DNA of 64,000 nt from Chrysomallon squamiferum (GCA_012295275.1 CM022665.1:32302001-32366000), one strand, 5' to 3'; shown: positions 13,990-29,012, counted from the first letter of the stretch. The notes: a model not told the origin generated them from the sequence alone. Made by a program: numbers and translations.

Positions 13990-15437
13990 GAGAAGAAGAA
14001 GAAGATGTGATCAAGAGAAAGAAAGTGACAAAGGAAGAAATAGTTATGAGGAAAAGAATTAAAAAAGAAATAATTTTTAAAATATCTCTCGTTAAATATT
14101 TTGAGATAAAAGTGATTTTTTATAATTACACAGAAGTAATAATTATCAATTAATTAGTTATTTTTATTTTTATTATTTTACATAAACTGGTGAAATGAAT
14201 AATAACTTTAGTTTAATTTTCAATAAAATAAAATTACAAAAACAAACAAAAAAAAACACCATTTATTTATTTTATTAATATAATTATTATAATTAATTTG
14301 ATTTTTTAATTTTTAAGTAATTGTTATAAAACATGTCGAAAAGAATTAGAAAAAATGAATCTAAAAGAAAATAAAGAAGAAAAAACGGTAACAATAACAA
14401 TAAATAAATAAAAAACGCAACAAAATTTATAGGAAATGATTAATTTTAAAATAAATAAATAAATAAATTAGAAAATAATCCACTGATATACTTAAAATTT
14501 AATTTTAAAAGAAAATTAATTATTTTGTGGACGTTTAATTTCTTTTCCTTTAGAATATTTTGGTTCTTTTTCATAAAATACTTTTTTTTAAATGTTAAAT
14601 ATTAATAATATTTTACAGATGATTAATACGAGAACGCAGACAAAAAGAAGAAGAAAAAAAAAAAAATGAAATGAAATGAAATAAATAAATAAATAAATAA
14701 ATAAATAAGAGAATGAATGTTTCATTAAAAGATTTTTTTTTTTTTTTTAAATCAGCTCTAGCAATGTGAATTGTTAATGCAGACAACAGAACAATTCTTA
14801 AAATTGAAAAATATAAATAAATAATCAGAAGGAGAAGAAAGAAAAAAAAGTTAATGGAAACAAATAGGAGATAAATATTAAAAAGACACAAAACAAAAAA
14901 ATTGCAATAAATGAAAAAAAAAGAAAAAAGAATGTAAATAGAAAACAAAATCCAGTATTAATATTAATATTAATTCTTTTTTTATTATTATTTTATTTTA
15001 TTATTATTTTTTTTTTTCCTTACTATGTGTTTTAATTGTTTCTTTTTTTTCAGTAGCCGTATAACATCAAACAAAACCAATGACCTGATGAATACATCAA
15101 ACTAGAAACTCGTCAAGTAAGCAGCGTGTCATTTCTTTTTCCTTTCCAGGCCAATTTAGCCTGCAACTGTATCATTGCTCCTTCCCCGTTACTCTCTCGC
15201 TATTGGTGCAATTTTTTCTTGCTATTGATTATATTTCCCATCTTAGCCAAACAACATCAACGTCATAATCCAGCTAAAATGACGGAGCTATAGCATCGAT
15301 TTGTCCACGGAGCTGAGGCCTGTCTGCCGCGGCTGCTATTGGAAAACAACTTTCTCTGCACTTTTGAAGGGCTTCGGTTTCTGTAAAAAACAAAATGTGT
15401 ATTCAGCTATGAATGTAAAAAAAAAAAAAAAAAAAGC

Positions 15438-15586
15438 AAAAGAAGAAACGAGAAGAAACTAAAATGATATTAATACAATAAAATAATATAACACAAAATA
15501 CTTGCTAGGGATAAAAAATGACAAATATTTTTTAACTTCTTTAAATTAATAACAAAAACAATAGATTAGAAATGAAACTAATTTTA
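15438..15586 (+). repeat. Copy 1 of an approx. 150-bp local direct duplication
   Basis: aaaagaagaaacgagaa...tacttgctagggataaaaa...aacaaaaacaatagattagaaatgaaactaatttta is near-identical to 18569-18723. Confidence 0.9.
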
Positions 15587-15653
15587 AGGAGAAAGTGTAA
15601 TAAAGAGATCATCAAGACAGATAGAGACACATTCACACACCCACCCACCCACC

Positions 15654-15709
<56 letters not shown>

Positions 15710-15769
15710 AGTATTATTTAAACATGAATATCGTACAATAAAATTAACATTAACTAGCATTTGGAATTA

Positions 15770-15812
<43 letters not shown>

Positions 15813-16256
15813 TATTTTATTTTATTTTTTCTGCATTTAATTTTTATTTCATTTTATTTTAATACTGATATGGTTAAGGTTATGGTTATATCTACATGCA
15901 TAGATAAATGAATATAATTTAGTACTGCAACCTTTAATTTTTAACTGGTTATTTATGAGCTTATTTTCACAATATTTTTTCAGCTTTATATAGTTCCCCC
16001 CCCCACGATGTTTTTTGCTATTTGCATTTTTCCTAGGTTCTTTTTCTTTGCTTTAGTGACAATTTTAAAGGTTATATTTTCATGTATACATATATGTATA
16101 TAATTAAATAAAATGATTTGTATTTTAACAATTTTAAATTTTGTCAATTTTTTTTTCGAATATTAAAATAAGGCAGAATAAACCCAGATATTAATCATTT
16201 GTACGTTGTTCATATTTAAATGTTTTATCTAGAATTATCTGTACTCTCTCTTCCTC

Positions 16257-16298
<42 letters not shown>

Positions 16299-16882
16299 TG
16301 AAACTAAATTTTTCTCTTCTTCGGGAATTCAGTCTACATCTACAAAATATTTAATTTTTCTATTCAAAGCTATCAAATTTAAAACATTTATTGTTTCATT
16401 GAAACAGAAAACTGATAAACTGCCTTCATAATTAGGGAATAATTATCCTTTGTAGGCCTAATTCGTATCTGTTGCAACCCGCTTACGTTTTGAACATTCA
16501 TATACATTTATTTGTCTCCTTTCGCTCTCGTTTGAGGTAACAAGAATAGAAATAGATTGACCCATTGTCAGGCAGAAGAGATGTATCCTCCAAGCAGTCA
16601 AACTCAAACTAATAAAATACAATCTTAACTGGCATTTCCCTTATCCCAGTGGATCTATTAAGCTCCTTTTAGCCATTCGTTTTCTTTTGAAAAGGAGAAT
16701 ATATCGAGCTATTTTATTTGTAGATATACAAAAGGAAAAGCAGAAACACAATTAGTAAGTTAATGGAAATATGCAAATCCCTTTGTATGAAGATATTATT
16801 TCGATCCGGATAACGTTTCCAAATTTCCGACAAAGCTGTGAAATGATCTACAGAATTCAAATTATTAGTTTGAAATTAAAAC

Positions 16883-16886
<4 letters not shown>

Positions 16887-16970
<84 letters not shown>
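16887..16970. repeat. (TC)n microsatellite
   Basis: Directly visible. Confidence 0.95.
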
Positions 16971-16975
<5 letters not shown>

Positions 16976-18568
16976 GTGTTCATGCATTTTTGAGCATCTA
17001 TACGTTGTTGGTTTTTTTGAGAGTCCGTTTCTATAAATTTTTGCACCTACGCACACGGCACACCTACATACATACCAACACACAAACTTACATATTAATA
17101 TACAAATGCGTATCAAAACATAAATTTATTCTAATTTTCGAAATACCATTATTTCTTCTTTCTGCCCTTACCAGCCCCTGTCCTGCATCGACTACTAGCC
17201 CTTGCTACCATTTCCCTGCACAGAATATATTAGGAACGGCTCTAAATATGCGCACACTGAAGGAAGACTTGCTGAATTATCGAGGAACCAAACTTGAGGT
17301 CAGTCTCATGTGTGCCGAGGTATATTGATTTATGATTCAGCCCGACTGACCGCCAGAACGGGTCAGCGGATCGGTCACTAGCCCCTGTGATCAGAAAAAT
17401 CGAATTCCTGCTGGCAGTCTGCATTTTATGTCTTCAAATTAGAAGTGAAATATTCGTTTACTTTGGTAAGAAATGGCCGCTACATCTTCCCGGCGTCGAG
17501 CTTTGGACAGTCATACGTTGTCATTTTACTTTGAAATTTTTTTATTAGAATTCTTAAAAGTTTAAAATTTAAAATTTTGTTATTGTTATTATTATTATTA
17601 TTTGTTTGTCTCATTATGTAAGAACAAATATACAGTTAGGGAAAAAAAATAAATATTAGCTAGAATTTGGAAAAAGGACAAAGGAAACAAAATGAGATAG
17701 TTGGATGAAATAAATTAATAACGAAAGCAAAAAAAAATAAAAATAAAAAATAAATAAATAAATAAATTAAAAATAAAATAAAAAAGAATACGAGAAATAA
17801 ATTTACGAAATAACATAAAAGGACGCGATAAATAAATAAATAAATAAATAAATAAATACAATTTACTATTATTATTATTATTATTACCATTATTATTATT
17901 ATTATGTTTAACAACAAAACAGTTAAAACAGTTATAAATGAGTACATCACATTTTTATTATTAATGAGCTGTGTATACAATAATGTTATACAAATAATTT
18001 TCTAATTGTGATATATGAAATAAATATCGTTGAGAAAATTTTCTATTTAATTCGAATATTAAATTAGTAAGAAAACAATTTTTTATTTTGCATTTATTTA
18101 TTTTTCCCTTTTTTATATTTGTTTTCTTCATTTTTCTTTCAATAGTTTAAATAATTAACTTAATTTCAATTTTTACTCTTTTTTTAGATTATATTTTTAT
18201 TATTTGAATTAAAGCAATAAATAATGCAATTATAAGTTTGCATATAATACAACTAAATTAAATGAATTCGATAAAGTAAATTAAAAATTATAAATGAGAT
18301 AAAACAATTAAATAAAGTAAACTGTTAATCAAATTAATTAACAAATGTTTAAAAAAATTACTGTAATGTCTTTTACTTTTTAAATTTCGTTTTTTAGTAG
18401 CTAATAAATGAAATGAATTTTGTACTCTTTTATCTTTCACTATATAACTGTAGAGTTTTCACCAAAAGACGTTAAAATTTAAATTTAAAATAATCCCCCC
18501 CCCAAAAAAAAAAATAATAATAATAATATATATATATATATATATAATAACGAAAAATAATAAAAATA

Positions 18569-18723
18569 AAAAGAAGAAACGAGAACAAACTAAAATGATA
18601 TTAATACAATAAAATAATATAACACAAAATACTTGCTAGGGATAAAAAAAAATATGAAAAACAATTGTTTAATTTCTATAAACTAACAACAAAAACAATA
18701 GATTAGAAATGAAACTAATTTTA
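18569..18723 (+). repeat. Copy 2 of the approx. 150-bp local direct duplication
   Basis: Near-identical to 15438-15586, with a diverged middle part. Confidence 0.9.
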
Positions 18724-21212
18724 TAAATAACAAAATAAACAAATTAAAGAAACAAATACACAGATAAATAACTAAAAACAAAAACAAACAAACGCATAAA
18801 TCAAATCAGATCAAATCAGTCAGTCAAAACAAACCAATCAATCAATAAATTGCTTTTTTTTCTTCTGACATTATATATAATAACTCACTAGAAAGCAGAA
18901 GAATGAAAACAAGCATCTCCCACAGACTAACTATTTGTAACTCGAACTAGCAATAAAATCCCAGAAAATAATTTTTTTATAAACAGTTATTATATCTAAA
19001 ATAGACTGGAACGAACTTTCTTTGCTATTTGACTTATACGTACTCTGATGAAGTAAAGTTTTATTTTATTTTTTTATTATTCTTATTTATTTATTTATTT
19101 ATTCATTTATGTATTTTATTTTCGCCTTTTGAGTATTAAAGAACTAGAAGCAGGGCAATGAAGGAATTAATTTAATTGTGTGAAGATTCATTTACAAATA
19201 CAAGGACGTCATGTAAACAGAATAAAAAATAAAATAAAATATTTTAAAAAGAAATAAACGAAAAAAAAAACATATATAAAATGAAATAAAATAAAATAAA
19301 ATAAAATAAAAATAATAATAAAAATAATATTAAAATTAAAAACAAATAATAAAGTAAAAATATATATATATAATGCTTTATAAAATAAATTAAAAATAAT
19401 TAAAAAAAATTAAAAATAAATAAACATTAGAAAGCTAAATCTTTTATACCTCAAATATTTATTATTATTATTTCCCCTTATTTAGGAATTAGATAATTAT
19501 ATTTTGAAAATAAAATAAAAAAAATTTATATTATATCTAAAATAATAATAGTTATAGCAGTAGAATTAACAATAGTATCAGTATCTGATACAAAATCAGC
19601 ATTGCTGACAATTATTTAGAAGTGGCTATTGTAGTAATTGCAGTAGAGTAGTAGTAATAGTAGTAGGTTTAATTATCGGATTAATTAAAGATTTAATTGC
19701 ATATAAGTAATATTATATTAAATACAACTATTTTTATAATTAAGTTCACGTAAATTCTCAAAAACGAAAAATCTCCAATGTGTATAAATATCTCTGGTTT
19801 CTTTCTTCTTTGAATTTCTGATTTAACCACAAATAAATAATTTATCAATCTGGTAGACAAAATCGTCTTCATCGACTTCTTGGAAGCGGTAGACGTGAAC
19901 GACGGTCGTGGTCATCGTTGATGCTGTTCACCTCATTGAGCACACTGCTGATCAAACTGACAACAATGTTAGGCTAAAATAAATTAATTTTCTGTTAGAG
20001 CCACGAATGATTGGAAATGTTTGTTTTTATTTTTTGGGTTTGCTTGAGGTTTTTTTTATCTCTTCAAAAACGTGATCCACCTTGTTTACTGAGGTTTATG
20101 GAATCCAGTTAAATATTAAAACAGAAGAATCTAATCTCAGAATCTCTGACTAACTGAAGAGTTAAAATGTTCAGTGTAAACTAATATACAAGACTGTTTT
20201 AGTTTCAGGTTAGAGAAACGCAAGGAACAAATAACCAAATAATAAACAAAATAAATTATTTTTACTGTTCAAAATATTGGTAAAAGTAATTTATTAAAAA
20301 TCGAACCTTTTGTCGTTTTGAATATACAGGTATACATGTATTAAAATTCTAAGTGCTATTTTATAAATAAATAAATAAATAAATACAACGACAGCAACAA
20401 GAACCACAACAACGACAACAACAACAACAATTATAATAAGGCGACATTGATAAATAAGTAAACAGGTATTTTTGAAAACACCATTTATTTGTTAGATTCC
20501 AAACAATGTTAATTTTTTAATTTATTTATTTGTTTGTTAAATGTGCACTGAATATTTGTTTGTTTTTAAATAAAACAAAAGTAACTCGAACTTGAAAATT
20601 CAAAGTCATTACTGTAATTGCATCTCAGAGCTTTTTTAATGGAAATGAAATACAATTACGCATGATAATTTTTATAATTGCGGCTAAAAATATGTTTTAT
20701 GTGTTTAGATTTACTATATTTACTAAATTAAGTCATTTTCAAATTGTTAATACGTCTTCATAATCTTACATAGAATCATAGCTTTATATAATTTGTTTTG
20801 CCTATGTTTTGTTTTTGTTTTTTCAAATACATGGCCACTTTCAAATTGTCAAAAATAAGTTACACTACAGGACTTCATTTGGTTTTTAGATAAAACGAAC
20901 TAAATTAATAAAATATCTAAACCAGTATTATATATAATATACTTTACAATTTCTTTTCTGTTTTTCTTTTATTTAATTAATTAATTTATTTATTTATCTG
21001 TTTGTTTGTTTATCTGTGTATCTATTTATCTTAGAACAAAATTAAATTTTCAGGGTCTAAACAGAAACAGATATCTTGCTGTTAATAATAAAAAAAACAA
21101 AGTTTATATGATTATTTTCAATCATAAAATGTTTGTCTTTATGTAACTAATTGTTTAAATGAATGATTTTATTTTCATACTTTACTGTTATGAAAGGTTG
21201 TCCTACCCACTC

Positions 21213-21213
<1 letters not shown>

Positions 21214-21269
<56 letters not shown>
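21214..21269. repeat. Long poly(A) run (others at approx. 49007-49040 and 50903-50952)
   Basis: Directly visible homopolymer. Confidence 0.9.
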
Positions 21270-21271
<2 letters not shown>

Positions 21272-21366
21272 ATAATAATAATAAATCGTAAGGTTGTGCA
21301 GGATCAAAATTACAGATTAAGAATAGTACATTTATTACCACCATTTATTGTGAAATAATTTAATTA

Positions 21367-21410
<44 letters not shown>

Positions 21411-24400
21411 TGCAGTTATTTCAGATATACTATAAATGTATGCTTTATATCTACACTGACGGGAATTAAAACTAATATACACTGTTATGTATGAATTTCA
21501 TTCTGCTTTTTTGATTACTTCAGTAAATGCTTGTTCTAGTATGTTTGTTGTGGGCACAAATACTGAACAGTTCTGAATATTTATTTTATTTAACTGTAAT
21601 TATAAAAAAAATTGAAATCAGTTTGTTTAATGAATGTAATTTATGTATTCCTGGTTTTATACAAGTCATGCAAACACGCCAGTCATGCTTTTATTTTGAT
21701 TGTTTAAATATTTCTTTTTTTTTGTTTGTTTTTTTGATAGGGTTAGGGAATAAAATTAATACATCTCAGTAAAACTAATATCCATTGTCATATACAGAAA
21801 TATATAATTTCAAAAACATATTCATGTCCACGTTTTCAAACAACGTATTGGTTCACTGTATATATTTTTTTGTTTTCCTAAGGAAATGTTCTGAACTTCA
21901 TAAGAAGCACTTTACCTACGCTGACTACATTTGTATGTTGGTATTCGGCTCACTGAACTCCATTTTAGATTAATATTGTTTGCCGTGAGAAAACAGCCAG
22001 AGAGAGAAGGAATAAATGTTTGTTCAATTACCTGTCCAGAACTCACGACCCTCCAGCACTTAAAACGAAAACAACAGCCATGATAATACATTGTTTATGT
22101 GTTACCAAATGACCTGGAGTTTCTGTGTAAAAGATTCAGTGAACATTTTGTAATTTTGTGTTTAAACAATAATGATAATTTTTAACTACATGAGGTTCAA
22201 ATGTGTCTTGTTTGTTGTTGCAAATCCTTTCTTTTCTCAAAGGAATGTAATAAAACAAGAATTTAGAAACTTTCACTTCTTAATATACAAACATCCGCTT
22301 TTTTGTATCAAGAATAAACCACTTTTAATTAAAGTCAATTTTTAATTATTTAGTTATGCAAATTATTATTTAGAGATGAAAATTATCTTGTTTAAGTATA
22401 TGTTGTATATTTATGTCTAATCTTTTAAATTCTCGTTTCCACATAAATTTCTGAAATAGAAATATTTATAATTTTTTTTTTTGGACCTGCTTAAATGGAA
22501 AAAGGAAGTATCCGAAGAAGATACTGAGAGTAAACAAAGCTGACCTGCTGAAAATATCTCTTTGCCTGAGACAAACACAGGAAACGAAAAGCTATATTTA
22601 AATACCGGTTCTGCTCACATTAACATACCTACAGCATACAAAAGATTTTGCAAATATGAGATGACCATTAGATTTCGTGCTGTTTACATTGGTACCGTTG
22701 AAATAGCAACGACTGACCTCTTAGCCAAAGGTCAGATGCCATACAGGTCAAGTAAAACATTAAATATTGACCCTCGTAAATCAGCAACAGTGGATGCCAC
22801 GAAACTGCTTGTTTTTCTTAGATTGCGCCAGCAGGCGGTGGGTGACCAGCGTCTAGTGACCGGCCCAGTAGTACTGATAAGTTTTGTTTTGACGGGATGT
22901 AAGCGTCGTTTAACAACCAGGTTAATGGTTAGAACTTTCCAGGCATGTTTGAAGTGGTGACCGTGAAAAGGTTATGTAATACGTCTTGCCAAGGAAAACT
23001 AAAAGCAAGATAAACTTAATAACCATCAGTGACTTTATAGACCTTACGTAAACCTCTAGGCATGGCAGATAACAGAGCAAGGTGATTAGTTTTAATAAAA
23101 CCTCCAAATGAAATATTTTTGTAGTGTTAAGACTAAATAAAAGTTAGAAAGAACAAAAATAAAAGTTAATTTTATATTCTTGCAATTCAAAAGATACTTT
23201 GAAATACTGATATGATATCAAACAGTCGTGACATACACTTAGCAGAGAAGCTTAAGATGTAAATAAAAGTTGAAAAGAATAAGGATAAAAGTTTTTGTAT
23301 TTAAATAATGTTCAAAATACTGATGTGACGTTCAAAAGTTAATAATATATCCACAAAAGCAATGTTCATCTTAGTGATTTAGGAAAACCTGATTTATTAA
23401 ATTTAATTCTAAAGGAATCTGCAAGTAACTAAAACGAAAATTAGCATTGTCTGCTATCTAATTTTTTGGCATCTTTTTTCACACGCTGTGCAGTATTCAC
23501 ATATATAGACTTTATTAAATTAATAATACGATAATACACCATGTTTATATAGTGTACAACATTCACAAAGACAGGTATTACAAAACAAACATTATATGGA
23601 TACATTTTGTTCAGTATTGACAAAGACAGACATTATAAAACAATACATCTTGTTCGTGCATTGTGTGTGGCATTCACACAGACAGAATGGTACGTTAACA
23701 TATAATTGGTATTCCACATATACCCGACATGTATTGTCTTATCTGGTATGGTACTACGATTTACAACTATATTTGCACTCGCGTCGCAGCGGTCAAGGTC
23801 TGCTGACTTAAAGATTCTATGATTCTCTCTTTCTGCAGTAATGTCTGCAAAAATCCACTTTGGAGAAAGAAGATGTAAGTCTGTTACATCGACCTCTCTC
23901 TCAATAACACACTACTTAATCATTGGTGCGCCGAGTTAGCAGATAACGCAAGTCCCTCGTTTTGCGTGCCCTGGTCCTTCGAACCTAAACCTTAAGTAGA
24001 ATAATAAGTTGAATTATAGTGTATTTGCGAATGATTTCATTAGATTTCCATGGCAGAGTGCCATTGGTTTGGGAAGCAAGATTTTCAGAAGAAAGGTATA
24101 ATGCACTATCAGTGTCCAGCTCTGACATCCAGACCCTGCGATCACAAAGGTTGAGAATAATATTTACTTCAAGTCAATAAGTCTGGAGTTTCTTCTAATA
24201 CATTAGTGCAGCTTGATGCATCATCATTTTATCAGCTGATGACAGAAATTCTTTTCTAAATCTATTTATGATATAATAACAACAACAACAACAATGATGA
24301 TGATGATGATTATGATAATAATAATAATAATAAAGCAGTAGCTGTAGTAGTTTTGTAGATTTGTCACGAAGACCTAATATCTACAACTGATTCTTATTCA

Positions 24401-26118
24401 TGCCAGTTCACTTAACATTGCAGTGGAATATTTCTATTTATTTATTTGCTTACTTATTCATTTTGTTTGTTTATAATGCAATATCTTGCCAAACACTAAT
24501 AATCACTATTATTTGCTATTTGCATATGGAATAATAAAACAAAATGCTGCTTCATTGAGAATTGTATCATAATAGAAATAAATAAAAGAAATGAGAAAGC
24601 TTCTTAAACAACCGAGATATTTTAAAGTTTCCATATATTTATTTGCAGCAGTAGGACGTGTATGAATGCATATCCATAGCTAGATGAAAGTGAGATACGC
24701 TGTACTTTTACGGAAACCTTTCTTTGGAAATCTATTTAAATGCACACTGCAACATTTCTAAATCTATAGAAAATAATTATTTTCCTTAAATGTCAGAGTA
24801 TTAGACGTTCACGAAATAATGAGAGAATAATATTGTTCTTTACAGAAATCAGGCCTTAAAACGATTTTCCTTTAGACGGGTTTGTTTAGTTTCGCCCGTG
24901 TTTACAAACATTAGGAACGTGGCAGAGTTCAGATAAAGGTTTCGGCAAACTGCCCAGGGTGAGATAGGAAGACATTCAGTATCTCGAGTTTGTATCATAA
25001 ATAGCTTATCTCTGTCTTACCTGCTTGGTCAGTGACCAACAATAACTGGAGTTATTTGAAAAGTCTTTCATCTATCCCATTAACTATGTGACGTTTGTTG
25101 ATATTTCTTTTCTGACGAACCATGCTAGTAAACAAAGAAAATAGAAAATAATCTGAGGGTGTTTATATATGTATGTAGTAACTTACGTATGTGTGTAAGT
25201 ACACATGCATTACTGTATATATATCTGAGAACGTGTTCACACTTTCATATAATACGGGGAACATACAGGAACTTTAACAATCCGGGGACTACCCGTATTT
25301 ATTCTGTGGACTATTTAAAAATTATAGGTTTTTTTAAAGAAGAATATTTTAAAATATTATTTTAATTGCTTTTATAACTAAGTATTATTTTCATTTCTTT
25401 TATTTGTTAACTACATTTACACAGCAAATACAAGCATTAGTATTCATTAGTTAAGCATGAACTACAATTTAAAAACAAAATAATAAATAATATATCTAAA
25501 GCTATTTCTATTTTTTGGTTTTAGACTAGGATGATTGCTTTCAGAGTTACTTTTTTCACTTGAAGTTAAATCATTAATGTTTCAAAAAAGGCGCAGAATG
25601 GTTAACAGGACAACACGTTTAAGTATTATAAAAAAACAACCGAAAAAAACCTACATTTGTCATAACTATGTGACCATGCAGAGACTTGCTAATCATCAAA
25701 TTTTCAGAGCTGCTTACATCTTTTTATTTATTTACTTGAAAGTTACTTTAAAGTCACTTTCTTCATTAATCAGGAAAAATTGTTCACGCTCATTTCATTT
25801 TCCATATGTAAAACCATACCGCAAAACAACTGGAACTAAAACGCACTGTTCTTCATTAAAATCAATTATAGTCTGGCGAAACCAGAAGATAACAGAGTTT
25901 GTAATGTTTCACCTAATATGCATTCAGTCACTCGAATGACCATCTGACGCCACCAATGTTGCCAATACTGGCTGCATTAATTTGTGATGTCAAGTTGATT
26001 AATGTTTCAGCGTAATAGGTTACACATTATAAATAGATTGGTTTTATTTTGCTTACTTTCTGCTTACTATCTTCAAAATACAGTTTCAGAAATGAAAAGA
26101 AAAATGAAAAGTCGGAAT

Positions 26119-26121
<3 letters not shown>

Positions 26122-26193
<72 letters not shown>
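26122..26193. repeat. (TC)n microsatellite
   Basis: Directly visible. Confidence 0.95.
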
Positions 26194-26198
<5 letters not shown>

Positions 26199-29012
26199 GT
26201 GTCTAAACATAAATTTCAAAAGATACAAATAGATTAAATATATTTCGTATAGTTACCTATTATTGCTAACTACCACTCTTTGCTTATGCTATATATGCAA
26301 AAAGACAGACAAACAGACACACACACATATTTTATATAAGCATATATATTTATGTGTATACGTTATGTGCATAAGATACACACTATATTGAACAGACCGA
26401 CGCTAGTTCAATAATGACAATCAAAATAACGGACAGCCTGCATTTTACATCTGGAAGTAGTAGGTGAGGAATGTTATCATCACAGTTGTGGCATGTGGTG
26501 GTCAGTCTCCCGGTGAATTATGAATGGCAGGCAATAACTGATTTCATATTTAAGGTAAATCATAAGCACAACGCGCTGTGTGATGGAAGAATGCGCACAG
26601 AATGGAATCCCACCGTGCGAACAATAAAATTTTACGAGAGTTTGAAGATGAAGAGAAATACTTTCGACTTTAACCAGTGAAATTTCTGTTGTAAATGCCA
26701 CATTTTTTGGACCCATATTTAATTATATTTGGTAAATAATTGCCATGTGCAACTATATAGAGATATTACGACATATGCTTTACCTACCACATAGATTTAA
26801 TTATATAGATGTACTCGTAGAAATGCAAATATATGCATAAAAAACATGTTGTTTACACATCATATTATTTATCCGTTAACATGCTGTCCAACGTAACTAT
26901 CTTCCTACGTACAAGCAGGCATTATATACTATATATTTATGTATATAACTAGGAGTACTTTTGGTTAAAATGGTAAATGAAAGTTCACTTAGCGAACAGC
27001 GTTTCCTGTTAGAATGAATAAAGTATACAGTTTCCAAAAACAAAAACAAATATAGTGGCTAAACGATACCGTAGTACTGTATATCAAAACATTTTACAGT
27101 AAAGTAAATAATGCATAGTAAACATTTGACCCCTTAAATGAACAAAGCTTTAACAGATATTATAGAATGTTGCAGTTTCCTGTATATATATTTGTTCCAA
27201 TATTAAGTTATGTTGTTAGTCTATGGTTTCATTCTGGTCTAATGATTTAATATAACACTGTCCAATAGGTATGACCCTTTGCTTTTATTATATAGATAAA
27301 TAAACAGGTTCTTATCTACAGTAATAACTGTAAAATTCAAACAAGACAGCTCTGCTTATGTCTCACAATATTTTTTCTTCTGTCTCTCTGTCTCCATCTC
27401 TCTCTTTCTCACATACACAAACACATATATCGAATTTGAATTTATTTTATTAATACATTTAATGTCAGTGAATAACTCTCTTTGTCCCTCTATCTCTCGG
27501 CAAACATAAACATTCACACTCATACCTGTGCTGATCGATAATAGTAAAAGAAGGAAATGTTCACAAATAAAAATAAAATGGCTGTCAGTTTCAATATGTT
27601 TCAGGGCAGAATATTTATTTTTATTGCGCATTTCCTTTCATTTTTACGTGAAATAAGTTGACGAGGGTTAAAAACAAAACACAAGACCTAATTCCCACGA
27701 AAAATATTCTACTTAAACAGGTGAAAGCAGGTAGACAGGTAATTTATCATATCGTCTATAAACCACCGTTGTTATGATCACCTTCTAACCATAAACTACG
27801 TTTTAAGATATATTTTTGATGGTGATACAAATTTCTTAAATACATTTCGTATCGTCCCCCTGTTATTATTTTGTACTCGGTCCCAATCTTTGTTATTAAT
27901 AAATTACGACAGTAAAAGAAACAATCTGAGAGCGTACATGGAGGCTAACAGTTTCAATTTGACTTTTTAGTCACTTCGTAAAAACCGGTTAAACCTTTGC
28001 AAAGACACCGTCCATAAGTCACCGAGTTAGTTGCCGAAAATAAAAATAAAAACAAACAAAACGAAACAGTTCACTTAGAAGTTAGTGTTATTAAATTTAG
28101 TTTATTAGTGGATTACATAAGATACATTTTAAAATTGATGGATAGTGTTGTATTCTTTTTAATGATTTTAAAGTAATTTATAAAATATCTTTTGAAAATA
28201 ATATAATTTATTATTCCTTTGTATTTATATAAGAAATAAATTCACGTAAGTAACACCCTCCCTAACCCCCTCAAATGAAAAGAAAAAAAAGAAGAGACAA
28301 ACAAACAAACAAACAAATAATGATATTGACGGTGATGATGATGATGATAAGAATTATATGTAAAATAAAAAATGAAAACAACAAGAAACAAACAACAACA
28401 AAAGCAATTTTTAATGTTTTTATCTCGTCTTTAAGACTCAACAATGGAAATTACACCATGGAATAAATCGTACAATGGCTAGAAATAGTATATGCGAACA
28501 CATATGGCTAATTGGTACACTTGTTAACTTGAAACTCATATTGAATGAATAATACACATCTAAACATTTCCAATACAAGAATGGGACGACATAAAAATAC
28601 TGATTGAAGAATTAAAAAAACAAAAAAATTAGAACAGTGATATTTCAATTTTTATATTTAATATTGTATAACAACATATTTATGTATCTGTGTTGTTTCT
28701 TTTTTTGGTTTTGCTTTTTTATGTTGTTGTTTTTATTTACTTATTTATTATTTCTTAAAACGTCCCATATCTTGTACAATGAAAAAAAAGACAGTCATTA
28801 AACCGCGGACATCAAAACAATGTACTCATCTATATTACAGTGTACTACCTGGCATTACTAACATTTTTGTTTTCATAAAATACAGGTACATTTTCCAAGT
28901 CCATTTAATATCTAGATACATGTATATCATTTTAACGTATACAGAAAAATAATTTTATTTCACGCTCCTGAAAATTTCATCATCATCATAATCATCATCA
29001 TCATTATTATTA

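Noticed and set aside
15301-15316. RE1/NRSE-like TTGTCCACGGAGCTGA
   Set aside because: Mismatches in the core, and REST is not established in protostomes.
22562-22960. 132-aa plus-strand ORF
   Set aside because: TTG start, no domain and no exon boundaries; the region looks regulatory.
23633-23911. 92-codon stop-free frame on the minus strand
   Set aside because: No early ATG, no convincing in-phase splice sites and no recognisable motif.
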